Shown piece by piece: positions 35,001 to 48,301 of a stretch of 64,000 nt of DNA (position 1 is its first letter; each line of letters starts with the position of its first letter). The stretch is from positions 372,001 to 436,000 of the forward strand of contig NC_047065.1 of the NCBI RefSeq assembly GCF_902459465.1, read 5' to 3'. Below the pieces are notes generated by a model. The model made no database searches, had not been told where the DNA came from, and worked only from the letters and a program-made list of their open reading frames with translations. The position numbers and the translations under genes were made by a program. Source of the DNA: Asterias rubens (lineage: Eukaryota).

Positions 35001-36960
35001 GCAGGTCTTGATAGAAATTTTAAAAGGAAAGTACCTTCGGAATGGCCGGGGTATTTTCCAGTGAACTTTAATATCAATTTGTTGGCGGAGAGTTTTACCG
35101 TTTAGTTGTTTTGTCACATTTACTGTGATTGTGTTTGTGAAATTGGGCTTTCTATGGAGGCGAACAAAAATTGCGAACTTTACAAAACCCTGATTGTCTA
35201 GCGACGCGGTTTCGAAAACACCTTCGTAATGTTTTGTGTTGCTATAGAAATTGACTGCGCGGCAAGTTCATTTATTTACTCAAAGTAATCATCAACACAC
35301 TCCACTGGCTCTTTCCGAGCTTAGATGTAGGTTACCAGGCCAAAATTGTTAGCGTTATTTCCCGCGGTTTTGTAAAAGGCTTCTTAACCATGAGTAAATG
35401 GTTGCTTGAAGTGTGAACAAATTGCTTATGACCTCAAACCACGCCGTACAGAAGTAATTAGGCGCTGATATTTTTATTGGGTTTTTCTCTTTCTTTGGGT
35501 AATCGGGAAGAGATGTTTTGCGGAATTGTTTTGAGGAATGGCTGTTTTTTACCCAGTTTTTATATTTGTTTAGGTGTGTTGGCCTTTGCTTTGGTGTTTT
35601 TTCTTTACATTTAAAAGTCCACGTTTGTGTTTTTAAGCGCACACAGCAAGGATCCTTTGAAGGAATTTAAACAGAGAAAAGAACAAAATCATGTAATTTA
35701 TAATATAAATCAAATATCGATCAATTTATTAACTTTTTGATTCTTCTTTTTCGGTTTGGTTCCTTTTATTGCCCACATTGGATGTGTTTCTTAATCCCAT
35801 GCCTGTCACAATTTGCCACATCTAACATAACAAAATAGGAATTAATATTTTTAAACGCCTTATATCTTTAAGATTGCCTTATATTTTAGATTATTTTAAT
35901 ACAAGCTTACAAGTAATTTGTACAACCCTTACTTAAGATTCAGATACTGGACGGATGGATTATCCGGATCTGTAGACAAGAAATATGGTGTACGATTCTG
36001 TTGGTGGAATTTTTAAGTGGTCATTATTTTTAATTCAATTTTAGAAAGACAATTTTATATTTTGTGGTTGATGATGTAAGGTAGTGTGCAATTCAGACTT
36101 GTGTTTTGTTCTTCTTTTTCTTATTAATAATTCTTTAGTTTTAAATTATGAGCAAGGTCACCAACTGCGTCTGTTTTATGGTGTAACTGTTTGTTTGTAT
36201 CATATGGGAAGTCTGGGTACCATGCAGGAATTTGTAAGCATTATGTAAATAAGGTGTCTCTTTATTTGATGGTGATCTCTGGATGATGATATTTAATTGT
36301 AAGATATTCATTAAGACGGAGGGAATTGCTCTAATATTCGCGCAGCATGTACTTTGTGGTAATTGCAGGAAATTTGATGTAGTTATTAAATTAGTGTGTG
36401 AGCTAAAACAACGCATTTGCCAAAACTATTTTTTATCCGTAAAACAGGAATAGTTGAATAAATTAGTCGGTGATTCACTGCAGGTTTTAGTGAAGGAAGA
36501 ATATTATTATTATTGTTAATATGTTATGGTGGGGAAGGTTCAGGGAAAAAGTTTCCACTTATCAGAAGTCAATTTTAATTTGCTGTAATGCTCTTAATTG
36601 CTGTATGATTATCATGTGTTTGGACTTCCTGTAAGCAAACAATGATGATGTATGTGTCTTGCCTCGCACACCCCAAGACATTTGAACATAAATTAATTTG
36701 TAATGTTCTACTAGAACTTGGTCTTCAAGCTACAACCTTGATTCTAGTTTCGAATTTCTTTACAGTGGGCAAAATTTGAAATTTCATTACATTGTAACAA
36801 AATTGTGCTTATTCACCGTTCAACCATTTTTGGGGTAAACAAATTGTTAAACATTGGTATCTCCGATTAGCTAGAAGTGGCGCAGATCTTAAAGGTCAAC
36901 ACACTTTGTAAATCACCAAAAGATGTCACTATGTTAAAATGTCACAGCGGTGTCATTGAA

Positions 36961-37110
36961 CAATGGGAGACTTTCTGGGACGATAGAGGGCAGCAGACTT
37001 ACCGGGTTAATTCCTTGTTCTCAGAATTATGCGCATGTTCAGAACTACGTAAACAATGGAAATTTACCCGGTATGTCTGCTGCCACCTAGCGTTGGAAAG
37101 TCTCCTATTG
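36961..37110. mobile_element. Palindromic MITE-like element
   Basis: Arms caatgggagactttc...gcagcagacttaccggg and cccggtatgtctgctgcc...gaaagtctcctattg. Confidence 0.7.
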
Positions 37111-39589
37111 CCAAATTTACATAAATATCTCAGACGGAAGTGTGGCTTGAAGACACTTAATGTGGCTAAATATTGCACCGAGGTGTATTACTACTACATG
37201 GTGAACTTAATTAATATTGAGCAAAGTGGCGGGAAATTGCAAATAATATGGCGGGAAAAACGAACTTCCTGTTCGAGCTTCCTATACTGTATTTTATGTT
37301 GAGCAAAGTAGTGCTATTAACAAAAGCATGTTTCGCAATAGATCGTTGTAAAGAAAATGGTTTAAAAAAAGGTGTTTTGAGGTAATTTATTTTTTTTCTT
37401 TCACGTTTGGTTGATGGAATTTTTTATTTACAAACTGTTTTATTATTGAAAATAAAACAAAACATATAAAATGTTAATGAATTCCCGAGTAGATTGTTCC
37501 TTTTTGCCTGTGTGTTTGATGTTATGCGATGATTTGCGACTTGAAGTGACTAGCTTTCCGTGTTATCAGATGACTTTGTGATATCGTTGAGCCAAAGCCG
37601 TGAATATTTTGTTTACAACATTCAAATTGAATCCAGCATCGCGTTCCTTTCCGACTCTAACCCCAAATCGATTTTTTAGTTCAACCGTTCAGCTTCTATT
37701 CGCAGTTCAATGATAACAGACCTTCTTCGTGTTTTTACGTGACTTTGAACATGCCAGTAATAATCGATTGCTACGCTGTGACAAAAACAAACAAAATGGA
37801 GACTTTCATGTAACCGAAAAAACATGCAAGCGTTGATGGAAATTTGTCTGTAAATATTTGATATGAACGGCCTTCGATGATGGTGTATTGACTCCGTTGT
37901 CTGTCTGAGAAGAAACACACTTTACTGTTAAATGGTTATTTGTTTTGTCCCTACTCAATGAACCCAACCTCGTTCCCAATTAATGATGTTGGCGTTAAAT
38001 TTCCTCCCAGGAAGCCTTCCTCGATCTTAGATACAAGAGTAATTGATGCTGCGCGATGGTCGACACCAATGGATATTGTGCCGCAATCATAATGGGTAAA
38101 ATGCCAGATAAAATAATGTAAAACCATAGAAATTTGTAAAACGCACATCTGTACGCGCGGCGCACATGATTGGCAAATGAGCTGCCTCACTTTGATCTCT
38201 GACCGAGGGCGCCCTTCTTTAATGACGTCATACGCATCTTGAAGTCTACTTCCAACTTTTGATGAAAAACAAGTTACAATGTCTCCTTTCTCTAAAATCG
38301 CCAGTGCTCCAGATATTCTGCCGTCCGTAAATTTAAAGGAAATTGGCAGAGAATCGGTCGCAGTGCTGTTCTCGTTCCTTGGTTAACAACTGTTATGGGG
38401 TATGGAGTATAATTTGTAGCTATTGGTTGAAAAACACCATGTGAAGGCTTTATTTACCTGTAAAGAAAACATGGTACTGTTTGATCGATCTATCTAGCTA
38501 TGAGAGTTAGACATTGGGAAATTGCTTTGAAATGGCGCTTTTTGCACATTGCATCCTCTTATAAATGCAATCAGGCTGTGCATTGGCTGGGGGAATGAAT
38601 GAAGTCGTGTATCCAATATTATACAGTGCAATTTAAAACAAAAATCACCAATAGACGGTTTTAAAGAGATGATGTTGTCACACATTCATGAACTGGATGT
38701 GTTTCCCTTGTTGTCTGGAAACCCAAGAGTTAACTGCTTCTTTCGTTCCCGCCCTTTAACCTTCGATCAATCACAACTCACCGGTCACCAAGGCAATTAT
38801 TATACGGGCCGCGAAGTCTATTAAAATAGGCCACTCGATATCTCAACAGATTCGCAGCAAACGTCAACCGAAAATAAAGAGTTTTTTTATTAAGAGGATT
38901 CTTACACGTGGAAACAATGTTGTGACTTATTTAGTAAACGGAGTATTATAGAAATCAGATGGTTTGTGTTCAACCAACTTAACCCGCGTGCTTCGCTCAA
39001 GCTCACTCTGCGAAGCCGCGTATAAATGAGTGATGTCACCACTACGTCACGACGGTCGATCACCCACCACATGACATCCCCATGTGACAAAATGATCTCA
39101 GTGCGTTACTTCACACACACACACACCCCCACACACACCGCGCAGTAGGCACCCCCATCGTACTACACCCGTCCCTAGGTTTCACCGGTGTTCCTGGTGG
39201 TTTCGGCAGTGATCACAGCTCGCCTTTCAGTCAGGTAGAAATTGATGGTGGCAGTAATGATGATCATGGAATTGAACTAGGGCCTGACCGCCGGGCAAAG
39301 ACAGTATTTGCGAATCGATTGCATCAGGATTAGCCGTGTCCAACAACTGAGCCGTAGAGTTGTGTTGCGAGCGACTATAGTGCCTCGAGCGACCGGTCAG
39401 TGGAGCGACTAGCCACCCTCCCATGAGTGTGTGAGTGGTGCAGGGTGAACTTATTGACACCGTCCCTTAGATTTGCTTACCTCAACAGCGATGCTTGAAA
39501 CTTCATTGGAAGATTAAAGGTAAGACATTTTTAGAGAAATTCTTGATCCGTGAACCTTTGTTGTATAATATTGTGCCATCAATTTGTTC

Positions 39590-39861
39590 GGAAAAGTTTC
39601 CGTATGGCGCCACCACTTTTTCATTCGAAATAAAATAATATAGTATCTAATTTACCCGATTGGGATAACTTTCCGTATGGCGCCACCACTTTTTCACTCA
39701 TTGTTATAAAAAGGGATATATCATTGAGGTAAATTAGATACTATATTATTTCATACCGAATGAAAAAGTGGTGGCGCCATACGGAAACTTTTCCCCTGAT
39801 GGATATATCCCTTTTTGTAAAAATGAGTGAAAAAGTGGTGGCGCCATACGGAAAGTTATCC
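39590..39861. mobile_element. MITE (39662-39794) nested inside an oppositely oriented copy of itself
   Basis: ~35-bp TIR ggataactttccgtatggcgccaccactttttca. The flanks 39590-39656 and ~39797-39861 rejoin as the reverse complement of the same element. Confidence 0.85.
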
Positions 39862-40297
39862 ATTTGTTCTTAAGGGGATGGATACAACATTCTAGCTCGT
39901 CAAAGACATTCCTTCGAACTTGTCAAGCGTTGAGAAGAACAACCCATTTGGGCTAATGGTTTTAACACGCTTCCCTCTCAGTTCGGTCAACGCATTCAAT
40001 AAGATGGAAGTACTTCCTGTATATTTGTTGGTAGCAGGTTAACTGGTCAACTTTACATTTTGATAGCTGTACAAACTATGTTTGCCTGAAACTCTACACT
40101 GTTTTTTTTAATTATTTCTAGTTAAGTTGTCGGCGTAACAATCGTGGATTAACGTAACAAATATTTATGCACATTTTTGTCTGAGCTTGTGTATACCGTT
40201 GTACGTACTTATCATCGCTATTATTGCGTACGCTTGGCACCATTACAAAATAAATATAGAAATTTAACACAAAAGTTACTATCTGTAATTATTACGT

Positions 40298-40431
40298 GGG
40301 ATAACTTTCCGTATGGTGCCACCACTTTTTTCACGCATTTAAAGAAAAAGGGATATCTCATTGAGGTAAATTAGATACTATATTATTTCATAGCGAATGA
40401 AAAAGTGGTGGCATCATACGGAAATTTTTCC
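40298..40431 (+). mobile_element. Solo copy of the same ~134-bp MITE
   Basis: Collinear with 39662-39794, with few substitutions. Confidence 0.85.
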
Positions 40432-40842
40432 AAAATGACCCCTTTATCTAAACAAGAAAAGTACTTCAAAGGGCGTGGTTTTTATCAACTGTTCTCGTGC
40501 TCTTGACCAAGTAAAATGTCATGGTCATTAATTATTGGAGTAGGTAATTATAATGTACATTAGGTGTACCCTCCCTTTAGCAGATGCTAATTTTGTCATA
40601 ACTATTCTAAAAACAAAGGCTGTCAAATAAGCTTCCAAACGTGAAGTTAATGCCATGGTAACTTGAGACTCTATAGAATGCGATTAATGGCTAAAATGTA
40701 TGGACGTTCTGAGAAATTGCAATAAAGACTTGCCAGATTTGTTTTGCTTAAAAATTTCGGCCGCGTCTTAACCATTATAATACGATTTTTTATTGGAACA
40801 ATACGTCAACTATTTCAACCCCACACTGGTCTAGTAAGAATG

Positions 40843-41311
40843 TGGACTGCAGTGTTCCCATCAACAGTCGAGTTTTTGCATCATTAAAACTCTTTGGACT
40901 GCAGTGTTCCCATCAACAGTCGAGTTTTTGCATCATTCAAACTCTTTGGACTGCAGTGTTCCCATCAACAGTCGAGTTTTTGCATCATTCAAACTCTTTG
41001 GACTGCAGTGTTCCCATCAACAGTCGAGTTTTTGCATCATTAAAACTCTTTGGACTGCAGTGTTCCCATCAACAGTCGAGTTTTTGCATCATTAAAACTC
41101 TTTGGACTGCAGTGTTCCCATCAACAGTCGAGTTTTTGCATCATTCAAACTCTTTGGACTGCAGTGTTCCCATCAACAGTCGAGTTTTTGCATCATTCAA
41201 ACTCTTTGGACTGCAGTGTTCCCATCAACAGTCGAGTTTTTGCATCATTCAAACTCTTTGGACTGCAGTGTTCCCATCAACAGTCGAGTTTTTGCATCAT
41301 TAAAACTCTTT
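40843..41311. repeat. Tandem repeat, 52 bp x 9
   Basis: 469 bp = 9 x 52 + 1; unit tggactgcagtgttcccatcaacagtcgagtttttgcatcatt(a/c)aaactctt. Confidence 0.97.
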
Positions 41312-43089
41312 CCATTTGACATTAGTTTTTGTTTTATGGATGATCTAGTAATTATTAATTGGTTTTTAATTACTACTCCTTTACCAGTAGAAGGTTGGAG
41401 AGGTTATGCTGAAATTGCTTGTGAACTTTCCAACCATGTGATTATTACTACACTGTATCGTATTGTGTATTCCTTTGTCCACTTTCAAAATGATATAACA
41501 ATATTCATCCATATGCAGTAGAATCTCGTCAAAAAGGTGATAAAAATATATACGACCCAGTAACAACATTTTAGCATTTTATTGACGCCAGCAAAAGTGC
41601 AGTGGCTTGCAATTGTTTTGTTGTCAGAGTCAACAACTCATCTCTGCCGAACTCTGTCGATAGAAATAATATCGCAAAGTGAGACAGTTTCCCGCCAAAA
41701 TGCATAACCAAACGATACTGAGCATTAACGGCCAAATTAGGTACGTCATATTCTCAAGACATTTTGTTTTGATTTTCTTCTCTTAACTACCGCACTCGTT
41801 GTCTTTTACACTGGTTGGTTTGCCATCAATTCTTTTTTGGTACAAATCATTAACTGGGCAAGGTTGTCTCAGAAGTGATGCAGCTTAATATTAAACAAAG
41901 AAACGTACGATAGGCGACATTTTGTTTGGAAGCATTTGATGGTCAACAGTTGATTCACATATAAAACAATTCTCTTTATTGTTATTTCCCGAAGCCCAGC
42001 AAATTACATCACAGTGCAACACAGTTTGCACCGCTCACGTTGACATTTCATTCCCATAGTTCCTTTCAAACTTATGATTCTCTGTTTTAATTTAATCGGA
42101 AATTTAATAGTATTTACATCAACATAGAAGTTTATATAAAATAGAATTCTATGAAACAAATAGACATTTTAAACATGACCAAAAAACTAATTTGTGTTCC
42201 ATGTATTATAGGAATTAAATAATATGTTCTACTCAGTTGTCAGGTCAACATTTCCCCTTTTACACTGGAACCTTCCCAAAATGACACTAGGCTATTTCCT
42301 GTACTGCATGCGAAACACATGTTTTGGATGAAACTCACCTACGGGTTGTCGTGTGAATTCACTCATCACTAAACATGGTAGGTTCAACCATCTCAAAATC
42401 CACTGTGCATTATCGACTATTAGTAACCATGGTAACGGATTCTAAACTCCTCAAACAAAACAAAAAGAAGCTCGACATGAGATCACTATTCCTTCATTTA
42501 CAAACGTTTAGGTGTAATTCACTTAGGAGTTATTGTCTCTACACACACACGAACATAAAACAATTTTTTTTTATAAAACAAAATGCCATCTTCGGCAAAT
42601 CGTTTGTGATGCTGTGGTCGCTGACCTGTTATGAGCAACGTGGAATAATCGTGTTACAAATTACGGGATTTCGCTCAATGATAAAAATAAAAAAAGTCGT
42701 CGACCTCAGGTTTTATTTTCTGAAATTGATAGCGCTAAGTGGTAATGTGTAATGAAACTTGATACTTGGTCAAATTATATGTAAATTTGTTAAAATATCT
42801 GTATCCATGAAAATTTCTGGAAATTGACGGGTTGTAAAAATCTACACGTTGCTTTAAATTTCTTGATAGAAACTTGACACTTGTAATAATTAAATAGACC
42901 CCCCCCCTCCCCATGGGCATGCGAATGCTGAAATTTAAACAGAAATTGTACTTAAGCCTTGGTTAATTTATTGGTCAAAATAAATATGTTCATGACCCCC
43001 GACATTTCATGTGTCTTTGTGTTCGTTCAAAAAGCTCAGTAAGTAAAACTTGACATTAATTGCCCCGTGGTGTCAAAAGGTGCCCCTTA

Positions 43090-44017
43090 GTTTCGAAAGA
43101 TGCCCATGTAACTTCAGAAGTGCCCCGTGGTTTAGAAAGATGCCCATGTAACTTCAGAAGTGCCCCGTGGTTTAGAAAGATGCCCATGTAACTTCAGAAG
43201 TGCCCCGTGGTTTAGAAAGATGCCCTTGTAACTTCAGAAGTGCCCCGTGGTTTAGAAAGATGCCCATGTAACTTCAGAAGTGCCCCGTGGTTTAGAAAGA
43301 TGCCCATGTAACTTCAGAAGTGCCCCGTGGTTTCGAAAGATGCCCATGTAACTTCAGAAGTGCCCCGTGGTTTCGAAAGATGCCCATGTAACTTCAGAAG
43401 TGCCCCGTGGTTTCGAAAGATGCCCATGTAACTTCAGAAGTGCCCCGTGGTTTCGAAAGATGCCCATGTAACTTCAGAAGTGCCCCGTGGTTTAGAAAGA
43501 TGCCCATGTAACTTAAAGTGCCCCGTGGTTTAGAAAGATGCCCATGTAACTTCAGAAGTGCCCCGTGGTTTCGAAAGATGCCCATGTAACTTCAGAAGTG
43601 CCCCGTGGTTTAGAAAGATGCCCATGTAACTTCAGAAGTGCCCCGTGGTTTAGAAAGATGCCCATGTAACTTCAGAAGTGCCCCGTGGTTTAGAAAGATG
43701 CCCATGTAACTTCAGAAGTGCCCCGTGGTTTCGAAAGATGCCCATGTAACTTCAGAAGTGCCCCGTGGTTTTGAAAGATGCCCATGTAACTTCAGAAGTG
43801 CCCCGTGGTTTCCAAAGATGCCCATGTAGCTTCAGAAGTGCCCCGTGGTTTCGAAAGATGCCCATGTAAGTTCAGAAGTGCCCCGTGGTTTAGAAAGATG
43901 CCCATGTAACTTCAGAAGTGCCCCGTGGTTTAGAAAGATGCCCATGTAGCTTCAGAAGTGCCCTGCGGTTTCGAAAGATGCCCATGTAACTTCAGAAGTG
44001 CCCCGTGGTTTCGAAAG
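43090..44017. repeat. Tandem satellite, 40 bp x ~23 (dimer of ~20-bp subunits)
   Basis: Unit gaaagatgcccatgtaacttcagaagtgccccgtggttt(a/c); diverged gtgccc monomers flank both sides. Confidence 0.95.
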
Positions 44018-44724
44018 TATTGCTAGCCCACCCTAAGTTTTCAAAAGTGCCCCTTAGTTTCGAAAGTGCCTCGTGATTTCGAAGTGCCCTCGTAGCTTCG
44101 AAAGTGCCACCCCCCTGTATTTTTCTGAAATTCCGCCCCCTCACCGAGGTGAGCTTTCGACTTGTTAACAAACCAGCACCACTGTATGTGATGGGAAGAC
44201 GGTATATACAGTAGCTGAGAGTGATCTGCTTGAAGTTGTCGGGTCCTTGACGACAGTTGACCGTTAATTCAGCAGCTCCCAGAATGAATAATTTGTCAGT
44301 TTTACGTGACATAGTTGTTTGTTGCATCTTCGCACATCAAGCTGTGTTGCATAATTCAAAACATGACTCGCCCATTACTTCCGTTCATATATCGAAGGAC
44401 TTCTTTGAGTCGGCCATGCATTGAAGCAGATGTAATGTAAAAGGTGTATTGTTTAATTAATCGACTGGTTAATTAATTGATTGCTTACAAGGAAAAGTTA
44501 ATTTTTTATTCATTTGTAATTGATGGTTGGTTTTTCAAATAATGATACACTGTGATGTATGTACCAATATTTACCCACAGGGTTCAAGGTGGGTTCGACC
44601 ATACTGAGCAAGCACTGCTCTCAGCGCAGTAGGGGCGTGGTTTAGAAAGAGATGGTGGTGGGCGGGACATGGCAAGGCCGGAGATCGAGTCATGGGTCCT
44701 TTCCACTGTAACAAATACACCAGA

Positions 44725-44830
44725 GTAGTCTAGTGGTTAGTAGTCTAGTGGTTAGACTGCAGGACTTGCAATTACAAGGTTGTGGGTTCGAATCCCCCAG
44801 CAAACCGCTGAGTTCGCAATAACTAGAATA
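44725..44830 (+). mobile_element. tRNA-derived SINE head with a duplicated A-box segment
   Basis: gtagtctagtggtta x 2; B-box ggttcgaatcc at 44785-44795; no pairing anticodon or acceptor stems. Confidence 0.55.
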
Positions 44831-45738
44831 AATACTGTTGTCCGGTTACTGGATCACAATTTATTGATTTGTGCAATTCATTATCATGATATTTGGCTTT
44901 GTAGCACCTCTATGAATGCAAACCCCCGTATAGTTATTTTCATTTTAGGGAAGCGTCGTGTTTCTTATATTAAAGTATAGAATAATGATTTGTCATGGTG
45001 TTTGTGTGTTCAGTGTTCATATTCATATTCTGTTGTTTCTGGAATCCAAATGGTACTATTGGCTCCGGGATTATCGATTGTCTGAGTAAGAATCAAGATA
45101 AGCACTGCTCAGAATAAATAATAATTGTAGAATTGTTTGCTTACTAAGCAGGCACTCCCTACTCTAACGTGGAGAAAAAGTGGTTTCCGTTGTAGGTCTA
45201 TGCATTGATTCTAACTGCGAGTAAACAGAATCGTCAGATTAAACATTATTTTCCGGTTTTTACAGTGTGGGTTTTCCTCTGGGCCTGATCAAAATCAAAA
45301 CACGACTCCATCAAGTTGGCAGATCAACTAGCGGAATAGACGGGATGTCACAGGGGGACAAGATTCACCTTTACACGGCCTAAGTTTCTCTTGTAGACCC
45401 GCTCGCTCTCTACCACCCTCCCGTGGGAGCGGATGCTTTCTGCAAGAGGTTTATAGTGCTTTTCAGCGCAGAACAAACCCAAATTTGTGTATTCCGGTTT
45501 GTTTTTGAAGGACCCAAGGGTACAGGTCGTGTCTCTCTACCCTTTAGTAGCGGGAAGCATTTCAGAGAGACGCAGGAGAAGAAACCAACTGAATGTTGAC
45601 AAAAACAAGGGGCAGGGTGAAGAGTGCTCGAACCACCATAGCTTGACTCTGTTACTCGATTCAGTGAAGAACGAATGAAAAGCTTGGCTTAAAAAAAAGT
45701 ACAGGGTCCGAAGAAGCAATGATTGAACTTCATAAGAA

Positions 45739-45928
45739 TTACAATTCTCTGTATCATTGCTGGAATCATGTTGGTTAAGTCATTGCGTCACAAGCGTTTT
45801 TTTACAATTCTCTGTATCATTGCTGGAATCATGTTGGTTAAGTCATCGCGTCACAAGCGTTTTTTACAATTCTCTGTATCATTGCTGGAATCATGTTGGT
45901 TAAGTCATCGCGTCACAAGCGTTTTTTA
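45739..45928. repeat. Tandem repeat, 62-63 bp x 3
   Basis: ttacaattctctgtatc at 45739, 45802 and 45864. Confidence 0.95.
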
Positions 45929-46753
45929 AAATAAGTATGTGGTGTTTTTTAATGGGTATTTATTCCAGTCAATGGAGATTAAATTAAAATATATTGCACT
46001 CAGAGCAAATCTGGGTTAATAACCAGCAGATTTTGTACAAACTAAACATAATTTAAACCAGTCATTATGCATTCGTTACGCTCATTATTAACCCAATATC
46101 CACTATTCAATAGGAAACGGCCGGCCGCTCCCCTGAAAACCATTTATTTATCCAGCGACAATATTTTGATTTGCTCCAACCTCAATTTCCTGTAAGAGAC
46201 AACGAGAACCAATACTCCATAAGCTTAAAATGCCTCATTTCTTCTCGTCTCTCGCCATCATTTTGTAATAATCCCCTCCTTTTATTCTCTCTATCCTTCC
46301 ATTAAACAGGAAACCTTTTCTTTTAGTTTGGAGCTCGGCTCGCCGCGGAAAAGCGCTCTTCCGTAGCCCAGCGATTCAGATACCGTTGATCAGCTCAATA
46401 TGCCGGGGGACAATAGTGGTTCAATCCGCGTCAACGAACGGAATATAATGGATCAGTGCTGGCGATTCTAATAGAATAATGTGCGTGTCATTCAATGGAT
46501 CGTGAGCCAAATTGGCTGGCTGCATTAGTGGAGAGAAAAAATAAAGCAGTGCATGTCACTGAAAGTACTTTATTTCCCTTGTCTTTGTCATGCTTGCGTG
46601 GGAAGTCTAAACAAGAAAAAGACTGGAAAGTTGTACTTTTTGCTAGACATTCATCCCATGACTGTACTGGAATTTACATAATTAACATAGTCTAGAGTCG
46701 TATATTGTACAATTGAATTGGTGCGACTGTTTAGGGCTATATATATACGACGG

Positions 46754-47080
46754 TTTTGCGCGGGAAAAGCCCTGTTGACTTTTTAAGCGATTTGTACTAA
46801 CCTTAAAATAAATTAATTTAAATTTCCATTTAGGCAACGGTTTTTGTCGTAAAAATACATTACTTACGAAATGTATTTGTTTAAGAGTATGTTTACTATG
46901 TTAAAGTTTTGATATAATTTTTGTATATCCCGGTTTCATGGTTCTGCGTAACGCGGCCATTTTGCGGCCATCAGGTTGAGGTTTGCTTTTGAAAATGTAA
47001 CTTACATACTGTAGGATTGTAACGAGTCTAGGCTAACAGAACTGCGTCTTACAAAAAAAAATGGCTGGCTTCGACGTCAC
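46754..47080. promoter_or_regulatory. Promoter-like motif cluster (E2F-like, YY1-like, CRE-like)
   Basis: ttttgcgcgggaaaa at 46754-46768, cggccatttt at 46954-46963, aaaatggc at 47058-47065, gacgtcac at 47073-47080; locally CpG-rich. Motifs only. Confidence 0.3.
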
Positions 47081-48051
47081 ACACCGCGGCCTCTTTGTCG
47101 ATGCGTATGGCGTTTGTACCTTTCTGTTTAAGTAATAAGATATCACGATACATTTAAGGCACTTTATTAAAAGTATAATATATTATTGCAAAAAGTATGA
47201 AACTGATTGCTATGTAAGTACTCTGTAAAAGACCACGGTACATGAGTGTAAATTGAAAAAATCTTTACAAAGTTGATATCTGTTTAAAAAATCTTGCCGA
47301 ATACTTTCAATGTCGAAAAAATTGCGTTTGAAACCAAAGTGCTTGTTTCGAAACTTATACTGAAAAATCAGATTTTTTTTTTTTTTTTCTTTGTTCTTTT
47401 TCTCAAAACGTGCTCACCAAATGTGGTTTAGTTTTAAGGGGTTATTATGTTGTGTGTTTATTGAAAACTCTTTATTGGAACTCAGTTCAGAAAACAACCA
47501 TGACATTTCTCTTTAAAATGATGTCGTTTCAGTGAAGAAGAAAACGGAGCACATTTTTCCGTCTCAGGGTCTAAGAAGAGGGACCGAATCGGTCCCGACC
47601 CTATCTTCCTAGCTACCTGTTGCCACTTACAAGACCGTCAAGGGCTGCCCCAAAGCCACGCATCGTGTTGCGAGTACGAAACACAAGTCCAGAAATGCAA
47701 GAAAGTGCCAGATACAGTAACGCTTGAAAATTGCATTTCAATTTCCGAATCCTGTGTCTGAGGGTAGCGTGGCTGGCGCCTGGTTATTATAGTACCCTAC
47801 CAATAGCATCGCCATAGGACGGGTTGTTGAACAGACTCCAGATGAGGCAAAACATACCCGCGTTTTCTTGCATTCAGCTGCTGGTTTGCATTCTAAAGTT
47901 TCCCTAAAACTAGGCCACACACAAAATAATAAAATACAATGCATTATTAATATCGCAACGTTTCAAAAACAAATGTAGAGCAGTTTTGGTTCATTTGGAG
48001 AAACAAGACCGTTCGCTTCAAGGCTTTACGTATTCAGGGTAGCAAAGGCCA

Positions 48052-48301
48052 TGGGCCCAATTTCATGGCTCTGCTTACCGTCGAATTCTGCGCTTACGAT
48101 CGCGATTCCCCGCTTAGCGCAAGCGCCGAACTTCTGCGCTAGCCTTGTAAGCGTAGAATGCCTAGTAACGTGAAGTACGCACGCGCAGAAGCCCAAATTC
48201 GCCGCTAACCCGTGAAATACGCTTCCGTAAGCACAGAATTCCCTGCTTCCGTAAGCGCCGATTCTGTGCGTACGGTAAGCAGAGCCATGAAACTGGGCCC
48301 A
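48052..48301. mobile_element. MITE, 250 bp, ~29-bp TIRs
   Basis: tgggcccaatttcatggctctgcttaccg and cggtaagcagagccatgaaactgggccca (one mismatch); CpG-rich interior, so apparently young; TSD not resolved. Confidence 0.85.

Noticed and set aside
39179-39234. GC-rich candidate exon (FTGVPGGFGSDHSSPFSQ)
   Set aside because: No recognisable homology and no partner exons found; it may be repeat-derived.
11515-44017. Regular arrays (133, 79, 52 and 40 bp) as CRISPR arrays
   Set aside because: The units are head-to-tail with no unique spacers, there are no cas genes, and the context is eukaryotic and largely intronic.
43090-44017. Minus-strand CUGAAG...CGAAAC in each 40-bp unit as tandem hammerheads
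   Set aside because: The core is CUGAAGU rather than CUGAnGA, no stem II can form, and there is no cleavage triplet in register.
44725-44800. tRNA gene (also the heads at 8833, 21411, 27281 and 57517)
   Set aside because: A and B boxes are present, but the acceptor and anticodon stems do not pair and SINE-type bodies follow.
47568-47761. Cys-rich 64-codon open frame after an acceptor-like site (…ATCCHLQ…SCCEYE…ESCV*)
   Set aside because: No known motif spacing and no upstream exon identified; not supportable without homology or RNA data.
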